Made by a program: the position numbers and the translations under genes
The notes under the pieces: generated by a model
Told to the model about the DNA's origin: nothing
The model's database searches: none
Seen by the model: the letters and a program-made list of their open reading frames with translations, nothing else
Origin: Candidatus Latescibacterota bacterium
GTDB lineage: Bacteria > Latescibacterota > UBA2968 > GCA-2709665
Direction of reading: 5' to 3'
Assembly (NCBI GenBank): GCA_965248435.1
Contig: OZ252100.1
Span: forward strand, 5,592,477-5,656,476
Length of the DNA stretch: 64,000 nucleotides
Shown here: positions 27,589 through 35,379 of the stretch, one piece after another
Layout: each line of letters begins with the position of its first letter
Position numbering within the stretch: the stretch's first letter is position 1

Positions 27589-27861
27589 GTGGAATCCGTG
27601 ATTGAAATGGCAGAAGAAAGAGAAGTTCCACCAAACACATCTTATGCAATCCGGTTCCACAAAGAAGATAGAGGTAGGGGCATCTCCAGACTGATTGGCT
27701 ATGGATCAGGGAGTTTTGGAGGAACAGAGAATGGAATTCTATTGGTTCCCTACAAAGACTTAAAGTGCCTAGATGATGCAGGCATCAGATATGAAAGCTG
27801 TGAATTAGGAATGATGACGACCGAGGAAATTGAAGAAAGACTAGAGCCTAATTGGGAATAA
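27589..27861 (+). CDS. Hypothetical protein (first of a two-gene pair)
   Basis: 90-aa ORF; CAAAGC-TATATAAA box at 27568-27575; start may be 27598 or 27607. Confidence 0.55.
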   Translation: MESVIEMAEEREVPPNTSYAIRFHKEDRGRGISRLIGYGSGSFGGTENGILLVPYKDLKCLDDAGIRYESCELGMMTTEEIEERLEPNWE

Positions 27862-27865
27862 CCCA

Positions 27866-28165
27866 ATGATTAGAGTAGAGCTGGCAATTCCATCCAAAGA
27901 TAAGAACCATTTCCCTGTAGATGGGGAAGTGGTTGGAGAGATTCTATCTGAGGTTGGAAACAAAACAAAGGGATACCGTTCAAGCCGCCAGTGGGGATTC
28001 TGGATCTCAGATGATGGACAGATTTATCAAGGTGAAGCTCTAATTTTGGTTACCGATACATCTTTTGAAATTGCAGACTGGTTCAAGGGTATGAAGCATA
28101 TGTGGACATTAGCTCTCAATCAAAGGCAGTTGTATCTAGCCATCTACGTTGTTGATTGGATCTAA
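27866..28165 (+). CDS. Small protein, probable PII-like/ferredoxin-like fold
   Basis: E..IP..D...G.W...DG..Y......L..D...NQ..LY pattern. Confidence 0.55.
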   Translation: MIRVELAIPSKDKNHFPVDGEVVGEILSEVGNKTKGYRSSRQWGFWISDDGQIYQGEALILVTDTSFEIADWFKGMKHMWTLALNQRQLYLAIYVVDWI

Positions 28166-28188
28166 AGCACCTTCAGCAGGAGGATTAG

Positions 28189-28659
28189 GTGATGTTGAAG
28201 CCACCAAGTTTGAAACCCAGAGGAGTTCCTGTCCAAGTTGGACCTTACAGAACTGTCATCACACAGCAACCTTATGTCCATAGTTCAAGTATCTGGGGAT
28301 GGTATGCTCTATGTCTAACTGCTACACTCGCCCTTTGCGCAATCGGACTCTTTCTATTCCTGAGTCTCAACAAAGACTTGGCTCTTGAAGATTTGTCAAA
28401 GAACTGGATGCAGAGGCAATGGGATTTCAAGAAAACATTTCCAACGATCCTAACTCTTACAGCCAGCTCTTTCAATTTTATTATCTCAACCTCTGTCGCT
28501 CTTCTTGCTCGTAGCAGATTCAGAAACGGACGCAGTTTTAGACTCTACAACCAGGCAAGTGATGAATTCATCTTTCCGTTGATGGCTGCTTCTACTGTTG
28601 TTTCGGTAATCATTCTCTTAGTGTTCATTCTGGCAGGCGGAAGCATTTCTGTTCCATAA
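28189..28659 (+). CDS. Three-TM membrane protein
   Basis: Three hydrophobic helices. Confidence 0.6.
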   Translation: MMLKPPSLKPRGVPVQVGPYRTVITQQPYVHSSSIWGWYALCLTATLALCAIGLFLFLSLNKDLALEDLSKNWMQRQWDFKKTFPTILTLTASSFNFIISTSVALLARSRFRNGRSFRLYNQASDEFIFPLMAASTVVSVIILLVFILAGGSISVP

Positions 28660-28769
28660 CAATACTACAAAGAAAGGAGGAGTCAGTTTGAGATTTCATC
28701 CCAAGTCCAACACTTCATCTACCCCAGCAGATTCAGAAATGGCTCACACTTTTTCTAAGGAGGAGGAAG

Positions 28770-28973
28770 ATGGACCACTCAATGGTAGACGCATTGGAGC
28801 GGTTCAGGAATTCGGATTCAATAACGGCAGAAGAGTTCCTGGCCTATATGTCTCTTTCATTCAAACTCTCACCAGCCTCATTTGAGCAAGGGAAGAAAAA
28901 AACAAGAAGGGGAAGAAGGCCGAAGAATGAAGCAGCGGAAACGCCTCAAACAGAAAATGAGCCAACGCTTTAA
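28770..28973 (+). CDS. Small protein with a basic AT-hook-like tail
   Basis: AAGGAGGAGG SD; KKKTRRGRRPK. Confidence 0.55.
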   Translation: MDHSMVDALERFRNSDSITAEEFLAYMSLSFKLSPASFEQGKKKTRRGRRPKNEAAETPQTENEPTL

Positions 28974-29072
28974 ATGTTGACCAGACTCCCGCTAGGAGAA
29001 AATTCGACCAAACTGAAAAGCGCCGGCTCACTTAAATCTAAGTTCAACTTGGGTTCAGAAAAAGGAGAAAAA

Positions 29073-29255
29073 ATGCTGCAACCCAATGGTATTCCAAAAG
29101 AAGTTGCTGGAAGACGAATCTACATCCATCCAGATGAAGTAAGAGATGCCCAATTTGTTGAACACAGTGCGGAGATACCCCCTAATCAGGGTCCGCCTGT
29201 AATTCAGCAGCAGGGATCTGGACGGAGGCCTCCAGTCATATTCAAACACGGCTAA
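29073..29255 (+). CDS. Putative miniature ubiquitin-like modifier (60 aa, C-terminal Gly)
   Basis: AAGGAG SD; ends P-V-I-F-K-H-G; directly upstream of the E2 and JAB-E1 genes. Confidence 0.6.
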   Translation: MLQPNGIPKEVAGRRIYIHPDEVRDAQFVEHSAEIPPNQGPPVIQQQGSGRRPPVIFKHG

Positions 29256-29319
29256 ACTTCAAGTGGTGAGGGGCAGCTAACAAAGTGTCCCTTGCCTTAT
29301 TCCCAGTAAGGAAAACACG

Positions 29320-29784
29320 ATGGACTATTACTCAGTTCTGGATTGGTATGCACAGAACGTTTGGATGCTTCAACAAATATTTAGTGACGGGGAAGTGGAA
29401 CATTCGGGGGATTTCGCCTGGGTGAGAATAACCACTTTTGCCTTGCCGGAAAATTGGCAACAACACTCCACCAAACTCCTAATGATCTTGCCAGGAGTTG
29501 AAGGAGGTTTCACCAAAAAGCCAGACGGTTTTTATCTGGATCAGGGACTAAGGACAAGAAGTGGAAAAACTCCGGAACATATTTTTGACTCCGCAGGCTA
29601 TAACGACCTCAGTTCACTCTCCTGGGCTAGATATAGCTTCCACATTAAGAAATGGAAACCCAACCTCAGTGAAGTTCTCGAAGGTGACAATCTTTTGGGT
29701 TTGGTTGATAGCATCTACTTAGGATTGGAGAAGTTAGCAGGTAAAGAAGATTCAAAACTCAGTCCCCCTGTCTTCAATTTCTAG
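29320..29784 (+). CDS. Prokaryotic E2/UBC-like protein (family E-like), no cysteine
   Basis: WV.I..F.LP..W......L.LP.....PDGFY.......W...S.H...W.P pattern. Confidence 0.75.
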   Translation: MDYYSVLDWYAQNVWMLQQIFSDGEVEHSGDFAWVRITTFALPENWQQHSTKLLMILPGVEGGFTKKPDGFYLDQGLRTRSGKTPEHIFDSAGYNDLSSLSWARYSFHIKKWKPNLSEVLEGDNLLGLVDSIYLGLEKLAGKEDSKLSPPVFNF

Positions 29785-29817
29785 CGGTTTAAAGCCGTAA
29801 CACTCTGGAGAAAATAA

Positions 29818-31218
29818 ATGAAACGTGAGATTGTATTTCTCAGCAAGGAGTGGAATCAACTCCAAGGCTTTCTTTGGCAAGATAGGATAAATGAAAGTGG
29901 AGCCCTGGCCCTGTGCAAGCTCAGCTCCTCCCCTACTCACAAAAGATTGATTGTCTCCAAGCTCCTGATTCCAACTCCTGATGACTATGAAAGACGAGGA
30001 CCTGGCTATGTTGGATTCAAGCCTGATTTTCAAGAAAGAGCATTTAATGAATGCCTTGAAACTCAGTCTCACTTGGTAGACATCCACACGCATCCCTTCA
30101 ACAGTTCGTTAGTGCGCTTCAGCGCCTTTGACGATTCTCAGCAGCGGGAAGTAATTGGCCCATATGTGCAGGAGTGGTTTTCCTCTCTCGAAATTGGATT
30201 TCTGGTTTTTGGAGTGGGAGAATGGAATGGAGCAGCCAGGATTTGGAATCGAAATTCAGAGAGAGTAGAAGACGTGGAAGCCATCAAGATTATTAGCAAG
30301 AATGAGATGAAAATCCTCTCAGTTCCGAATGCCAAAGCAAGTCACAGAATCCACACTCGCACAATCCAGGCACTTGGCAAGGAAGCTCAGTCCACCTATT
30401 CCAATCTAACTGTTGGAGTTGTAGGAGTAGGAGGACTCGGAAGTGTTGTCTCAGAATTATTGGCAAGACTTCCGGTTAAGAAACTGATCCTCATAGATCC
30501 TGACGCGTTGGAGATGAGCAACCTTAACAGATTTCTGGGAGCAAGTTACAGCGATGGAATTACCAGAAAAGATAAAGTCAGGGTAGTGGCTCGGCAGGTT
30601 CGTATGGCCAATCCCTTTATTCAGATTGAGGAAGTGAAAGCAGATTTTCTGGAAAAAGAAACTCAGCTGAGATGTAAAGAAGCAGATGTTTTATTTGGAT
30701 GCAGTGATTCTGTGGCAGTTCGCCTCGCAATGAGCCAGTTAGCATTGGCAAATGCAATTCCCTATTTTGATTTGGGAGCTGGTGCGGCTGTTGAAGACTC
30801 AGAATTGCAGGCAGTTGGTGGACAGATTTTCAAGCTCACTCCTGAAGCCAATTTCTGTTTCCACTGTTCTGATTATTTCGATGCCGAAGAAGCACACGGT
30901 GAGTTGTTGAATGATGAGGAAAAGAAACGGCAAGTTAAACAAGGCTATGTGGCAGGAGACAACATCCCCCAGCCGAGTATTTATGCCACAAATATGTCTA
31001 TAGCTTCCACTTCTGTGTGGCTAATGATGAGATACGTCACTTCAAATTCAATTCAAGCGGATGGGATCTCGTTCAATGCCTTGGATTGTTCACTCAACAC
31101 CTGGCAACATCAGGTCTCAGAGGACAGGGAGCCTTGTCTTGTCTGTAGTGCCGGATGTGTTGGGGATGCAATGACTCACTTAACAAAGACTAAGGAACTG
31201 GACTTAACAGGGGTCTAA
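29818..31218 (+). CDS. JAB peptidase-ThiF/E1 fusion
   Basis: JAB: ESG...HTHP...FSAFD; E1: GVGGLGS, DPD..E.SNLNR, GCSD, CFHC...CLVC. Confidence 0.92.
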   Translation: MKREIVFLSKEWNQLQGFLWQDRINESGALALCKLSSSPTHKRLIVSKLLIPTPDDYERRGPGYVGFKPDFQERAFNECLETQSHLVDIHTHPFNSSLVRFSAFDDSQQREVIGPYVQEWFSSLEIGFLVFGVGEWNGAARIWNRNSERVEDVEAIKIISKNEMKILSVPNAKASHRIHTRTIQALGKEAQSTYSNLTVGVVGVGGLGSVVSELLARLPVKKLILIDPDALEMSNLNRFLGASYSDGITRKDKVRVVARQVRMANPFIQIEEVKADFLEKETQLRCKEADVLFGCSDSVAVRLAMSQLALANAIPYFDLGAGAAVEDSELQAVGGQIFKLTPEANFCFHCSDYFDAEEAHGELLNDEEKKRQVKQGYVAGDNIPQPSIYATNMSIASTSVWLMMRYVTSNSIQADGISFNALDCSLNTWQHQVSEDREPCLVCSAGCVGDAMTHLTKTKELDLTGV

Positions 31219-31220
31219 GA

Positions 31221-31586
31221 ATGCCACTCACAATCTTTACAATGCTGGGATTGCTTGTGGGAGTGTTAATTGGCAAGAACCTGAGACTGCAAGGTGTAAT
31301 CCTGGCTGTCTACGCAGCTATTGGATTCTATATCCTGCTCACTTTACCCCTGGATGGGATATACCCACTTGGCTCTGCATTCTATCCCTTTATGTCCTTC
31401 AGGATGGCTAATCTCTTCGCCGCTATTCTAATGATCCTGGCACTTGGTTTAGTCCTACTGCTTATCGGCAAACCAATTCTAGCTCATCTCAGTTCGATTC
31501 CTGAAAGGCTTGACCGAATGCTAGGAGCCAGTATGGGTGGTGTGGTGGGGTTTTACATCGCTTGGGTTTTTGAGGGTGTGATTTGA
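31221..31586 (+). CDS. CvpA-like membrane protein
   Basis: Four TMs; LDRMLGASMG motif. Confidence 0.55.
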   Translation: MPLTIFTMLGLLVGVLIGKNLRLQGVILAVYAAIGFYILLTLPLDGIYPLGSAFYPFMSFRMANLFAAILMILALGLVLLLIGKPILAHLSSIPERLDRMLGASMGGVVGFYIAWVFEGVI

Positions 31587-31655
31587 TAAGTCCTTCAATT
31601 CCCACTACTTCCACGAATCCCACAGGGGAATTACTTTCGACTATTTGAATGGGAC

Positions 31656-32042
31656 TTGATAATGAGATTCTTAGGACTCTTTCTGCGAAGCACCATCCAG
31701 GCGATGGTCTGCGTTGGGATTTGGAAAATTACAAGACCTATGAGCAAAAAGCTCAGTCAAACCTATCTGTTCAATCAATGGTTGGGTGTGAAGTTCGGAC
31801 AGTTCGGGAGCTGGGTTGGAGATTCTGCGGATTGGTGGATTCCCATTATAGCAACCGGCTCGGCTTGTTTGTTTGTAAAGTTGCTCGAAATGGAATTGGC
31901 AAGAAGGGCTATGACAGAACACAGAAGACTCCACCCCCACCCTGTTCCAATGGAATCCTCAAATCCGGGAACACAACGTCCTCAAGTTCAACAAGTAGAT
32001 CCTACAATGTTAGCAGAGATGGAGGGCAACCAAAATGGATGA
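31656..32042 (+). CDS. Membrane protein
   Basis: Two hydrophobic segments; overlaps the next gene. Confidence 0.55.
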   Translation: MIMRFLGLFLRSTIQAMVCVGIWKITRPMSKKLSQTYLFNQWLGVKFGQFGSWVGDSADWWIPIIATGSACLFVKLLEMELARRAMTEHRRLHPHPVPMESSNPGTQRPQVQQVDPTMLAEMEGNQNG

Positions 32043-32367
32043 AAGAACGCAAGAGATCTTGGATGCAGTGGAGCTGGCAACCTCAGTAGAGGCAGTTGAG
32101 ATAGAAGACTGGATGGAAAACCTACGTCCCAGATTCAGGAAAATGGCAATTGGAATTATCAGAACTGGATTGAGTGTTAAGCAATTCGGCTATGAATCTT
32201 TGTTACTAAGCAGATGTTTGGTGAAGGCTGCGTTTCGTGTAACACTCGGACTCTTCGGAGGCAGTGTTCTGCTGACAGTAATCGCTTTGGGCGTTGTTGC
32301 TTTCGCAGCAGCCTATTCAGGAATTTCATTTCTCGTAAGAGCTGTTGTCAATGCTCTGTCATTGTGA
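32035..32367 (+). CDS. Membrane protein
   Basis: GGAGG SD; long hydrophobic C-terminus. Confidence 0.65.
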   Translation: MDERTQEILDAVELATSVEAVEIEDWMENLRPRFRKMAIGIIRTGLSVKQFGYESLLLSRCLVKAAFRVTLGLFGGSVLLTVIALGVVAFAAAYSGISFLVRAVVNALSL

Positions 32368-32378
32368 GGATAGGATAA

Positions 32379-32774
32379 ATGAGTTTTCTAAAGCCACTCA
32401 CAGAGAAGCTGGAAGATTGGATGGAAGTAAAGGAACCAATAACTCCGATAGAGAGGCAAGATGTAGACCTCTACCTGCCAAGTTTTTCATATGTCGTCCG
32501 ACCTTATTCAAAAGGTCAAACCAGATTCGTCTACAAGCTCCAGGCAGATCCACAAACCGAAGCAGTTGTGTTCGTCCTAACAAAGTTAAGGGACGGAAGT
32601 GTTACTCATCCGCATAACCTAGCTCAGATAAGATGGTGTGAGTATTGTCGCTTGCCCGTAATGCGAAATTCAATTCTACCGTGTCAGAGATGTGGGCGTT
32701 GGGTCTGCGAGATATGCAGTCCGATGGGATTGTGCAGGCTTTGCAGGTTAGCTCGATTTCTGGGAATGGAGTAA
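32379..32774 (+). CDS. Protein with C-terminal 8-Cys zinc finger
   Basis: CEYC...CQRC...CEIC...CRLC; TAATG coupling to the ATPase gene. Confidence 0.75.
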   Translation: MSFLKPLTEKLEDWMEVKEPITPIERQDVDLYLPSFSYVVRPYSKGQTRFVYKLQADPQTEAVVFVLTKLRDGSVTHPHNLAQIRWCEYCRLPVMRNSILPCQRCGRWVCEICSPMGLCRLCRLARFLGME

Positions 32775-34906
32775 TGTCTAAGTCATTTACAAATTCACAA
32801 GACATTCAGGGTTTGATCGAGCTGGTCGAGTCTCTTGGCCTATCCCCTGAGAGAAAGAACGATGCATTGCTCAACATCCGGCAATTCGCAAGAGCTGGAA
32901 AGCAAATGCATCTAAAGCGGATGTTCAAGAGAATGGGGAGAGCTGGAATCAACAGACAACGAGAAGCACTGAAACATAAACCATTTCCAATTCCACCTGG
33001 CCCTGCAATTCTCTCCACTGGAAATATTCCACTAGGCATAGTCAAGGGAACAAGAACCGTCAATGCTTTAGATGGAGCTGAGGAATTGCCAATCCATTGG
33101 TTAACAGCGGGTGCTACAGGAGCAAGTAAGTCAACCCTCACAAAACCGATTCTGATAGAATCTGCAAAAAATGGCTACCAGATTAACGTGTTCAGTCCAA
33201 AGCCTCAGGAGTATTTAGACCTGTATCCGTATTTCAAAGACACCGCCAACTATTGGGTGATCAATGATGACGCGACACCTTTCTATGAGAATCCATTCGA
33301 ATCACCCACGCCTAAAATCGAGACGGATACGTGGGTGATGCAGGGATCAAGCCTGTTCTTCGATGGAATGTTTAGTATGCAATCCCATCTGGTTAGCTGC
33401 ATAAGAGACATCCAGGCAGCAGAGGGAATTGGAGCGGTGTCATTTGCAGACTTGGAGACTTATCTGGTGGGGATGATTACACCAAAGAAAGAAGGGGGGC
33501 TTGGCACACGCCTATATAATAAGCAGGCTTTGGAGAGATTGTTGATCCGGGTAAGGCAGGCACTTACAGGTGTAAAAGGCTATAGATGTAGGAACGGCTA
33601 TCCCTTCTCTCAGCTAATGCAGAAACACAACTTCTGGTTGGTGGGGGGAATAACGTCAATTGCGGTTCGGCACTATTTCATAAAAATGCTACTGACGAAG
33701 ATATGGATGTATCAACGCAACTGCTTGGAGAAGAGATTGAGGGTGATTTTCATTGATGATGCACAACCCCTTTTAAAGTCTGGAGGATAGAAATTGGACG
33801 CGCTTGACGACCTTCTCCTTTTAGGAAGAAGTGACAACATCTCTATCGGATTGGTGGTGCAGAACTTCAGTGAAACACCGCCAACTGTAAGAGGAAACGT
33901 CTCAACCATAATGCTGCTGAGATCCAACCACAGTGATGCTGTTGTTGCTGGCAGGGAACTTGGATTGAGCAAGGAGCAGATTGAGCTAGTAAAAGGTTTA
34001 GAGAGAGGCTTTGCCGTTGTGCTTAGAAGGAGAGTCCATCCAAAGCCGGTGCTAATCACATTCCCACATTTTAATCCAAGACCTATTTCCAAGAACAAAA
34101 TAAGGGAAGCAATGGCTCCTAAAATTGAAGCCCTGATGAAGTGTGTGACATTTCCGGGTGACGGGAAGTTGAAGGATACCAAAGAGGTGAATGTTGTTGA
34201 GACGGCTTCGATAGAAGTGGTGGAGTTGAATGATGCTGAGATTTCGTTGATGACTCATTTAAGTAAAAATCCTGTGATGATACGAGAGGATATTTGTAAG
34301 GATTTGAAGTTGCCGACTTCAACTTTGAGCAGGCATTTTCAAAATTTGGTGAAGAAGGGTTATCTAAAAACGACCCTGACACATAAGAAAGATGGCAAGG
34401 AGATAGAAATGCCATTCGAGTTGAAGCCAAGTGGAGCAAGAAGGGGAAGTGCCCGGAAGTTCTATGATTTTACTTTGGCAGCGGTTGAGAGATTTGGGAA
34501 TCCTGAATGGGTTGGGAAAGGGATGAAGATACACGCGGCTGCGATTTCCTTCATTGGTTACTTCTACAGACAGCATTGTAATGGGGAAGTGTTTTTGGAA
34601 CATCAGATTGGAGAAGGATTGGAAGCTGCGGATGTTGCCATAGAACCCAAGATCGTAGCAGTTGAGATTTGCAACACAACCAAACCAGCTCACGAGCTTA
34701 ACAACATCAAGAAATGTCTGGACGCTGGGTATGAGCTGGTAGTGAGTGCTTCCTTCTCTGACGGAAAAAGAGATGGAATTCGAAAAGCAGCTATTCAGAA
34801 CTTAATAGAATCCGAGTTGGAGAAAGTTCAATTCAGACTTGTAGGAGACTTTGTTGGGAAGGTTAGTAATCCTGAATCTTTCTTGCCAGGGGGACGAGAT
34901 GATTAA
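32774..34906 (+). pseudogene. Second HerA/VirD4-like ATPase-wHTH-PD-(D/E)xK fusion with one in-frame TAG (33788-33790)
   Basis: ORFs 32645..33790 and 33794..34906 are in the same frame; GATGASKS, FIDDA, VVQ, wHTH, H...E...AD...AVE. Confidence 0.8.
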
Positions 34907-35063
34907 GAGATTCAATCCAATAGTTCAGTATTTACAACAGCATATTTCTAAGGACTGGTGGGGAACCGTTTCAATCAAATTTCAAGATGGAATCCCAAAG
35001 ATAATTGAAGAGCACAGAACCAGAAAATTAGAACCAATGGGTAAGGATGAGAGAAAGTCGTAA
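34899..35063 (+). CDS. Small YezD/DUF2292-like protein
   Basis: WWGTVSIKFQDGIPKIIEEHRTRK. Confidence 0.55.
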   Translation: MIKRFNPIVQYLQQHISKDWWGTVSIKFQDGIPKIIEEHRTRKLEPMGKDERKS

Positions 35064-35136
35064 GCTAAACTCTAAATCGAAACCTTAAGTATCAGGCGTA
35101 GGAACTAACCACACTGATAGAAAGGTGTGGTTTTCT

Positions 35137-35301
35137 ATGCCAGGAAAGAAAGTTGATTGGGACAAAATCAAGATCACTATTGTTAGAGATTCAGAGCCAA
35201 ATACCAGGAATCCTTTCTCATCTCTCACTCCATCTCAAAGAAGAGCTGAACTAATTTCTCTTTGTCAAAAAATTCATCTAAACAGTATAAAAACTACCTG
35301 A
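35137..35301 (+). CDS. Small protein upstream of the recombinase (54 aa; not in the ORF track)
   Basis: MPGKKVDWDKIKITIVRDSEPNTRNPFSSLTPSQRRAELISLCQKIHLNSIKTT; AAGGTG SD. Confidence 0.5.
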   Translation: MPGKKVDWDKIKITIVRDSEPNTRNPFSSLTPSQRRAELISLCQKIHLNSIKTT

Positions 35302-35308
35302 ATGACCC

Positions 35309-35337
35309 TTGTTATACTTTAAGATTCTGACTAAGAT
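35309..35337 (+). promoter_or_regulatory. Sigma70-like promoter of the recombinase
   Basis: TTGTTA-17-TAAGAT. Confidence 0.45.
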
Positions 35338-35379
35338 TGGGAAAGGAAACCATCAAAATCTAATACAGAGGATTTAGCT

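Noticed and set aside
29073-31218. CBASS Cap2/Cap3 or ThiS/MoaD sulfur-carrier pathway
   Set aside because: No CD-NTase and no thiamine/molybdopterin genes; separate E2 and JAB-E1 order differ from both
33788-33790. Alternative genetic code (TAG reassigned) in the island
   Set aside because: Many island genes end cleanly at TAG and only one internal TAG was seen
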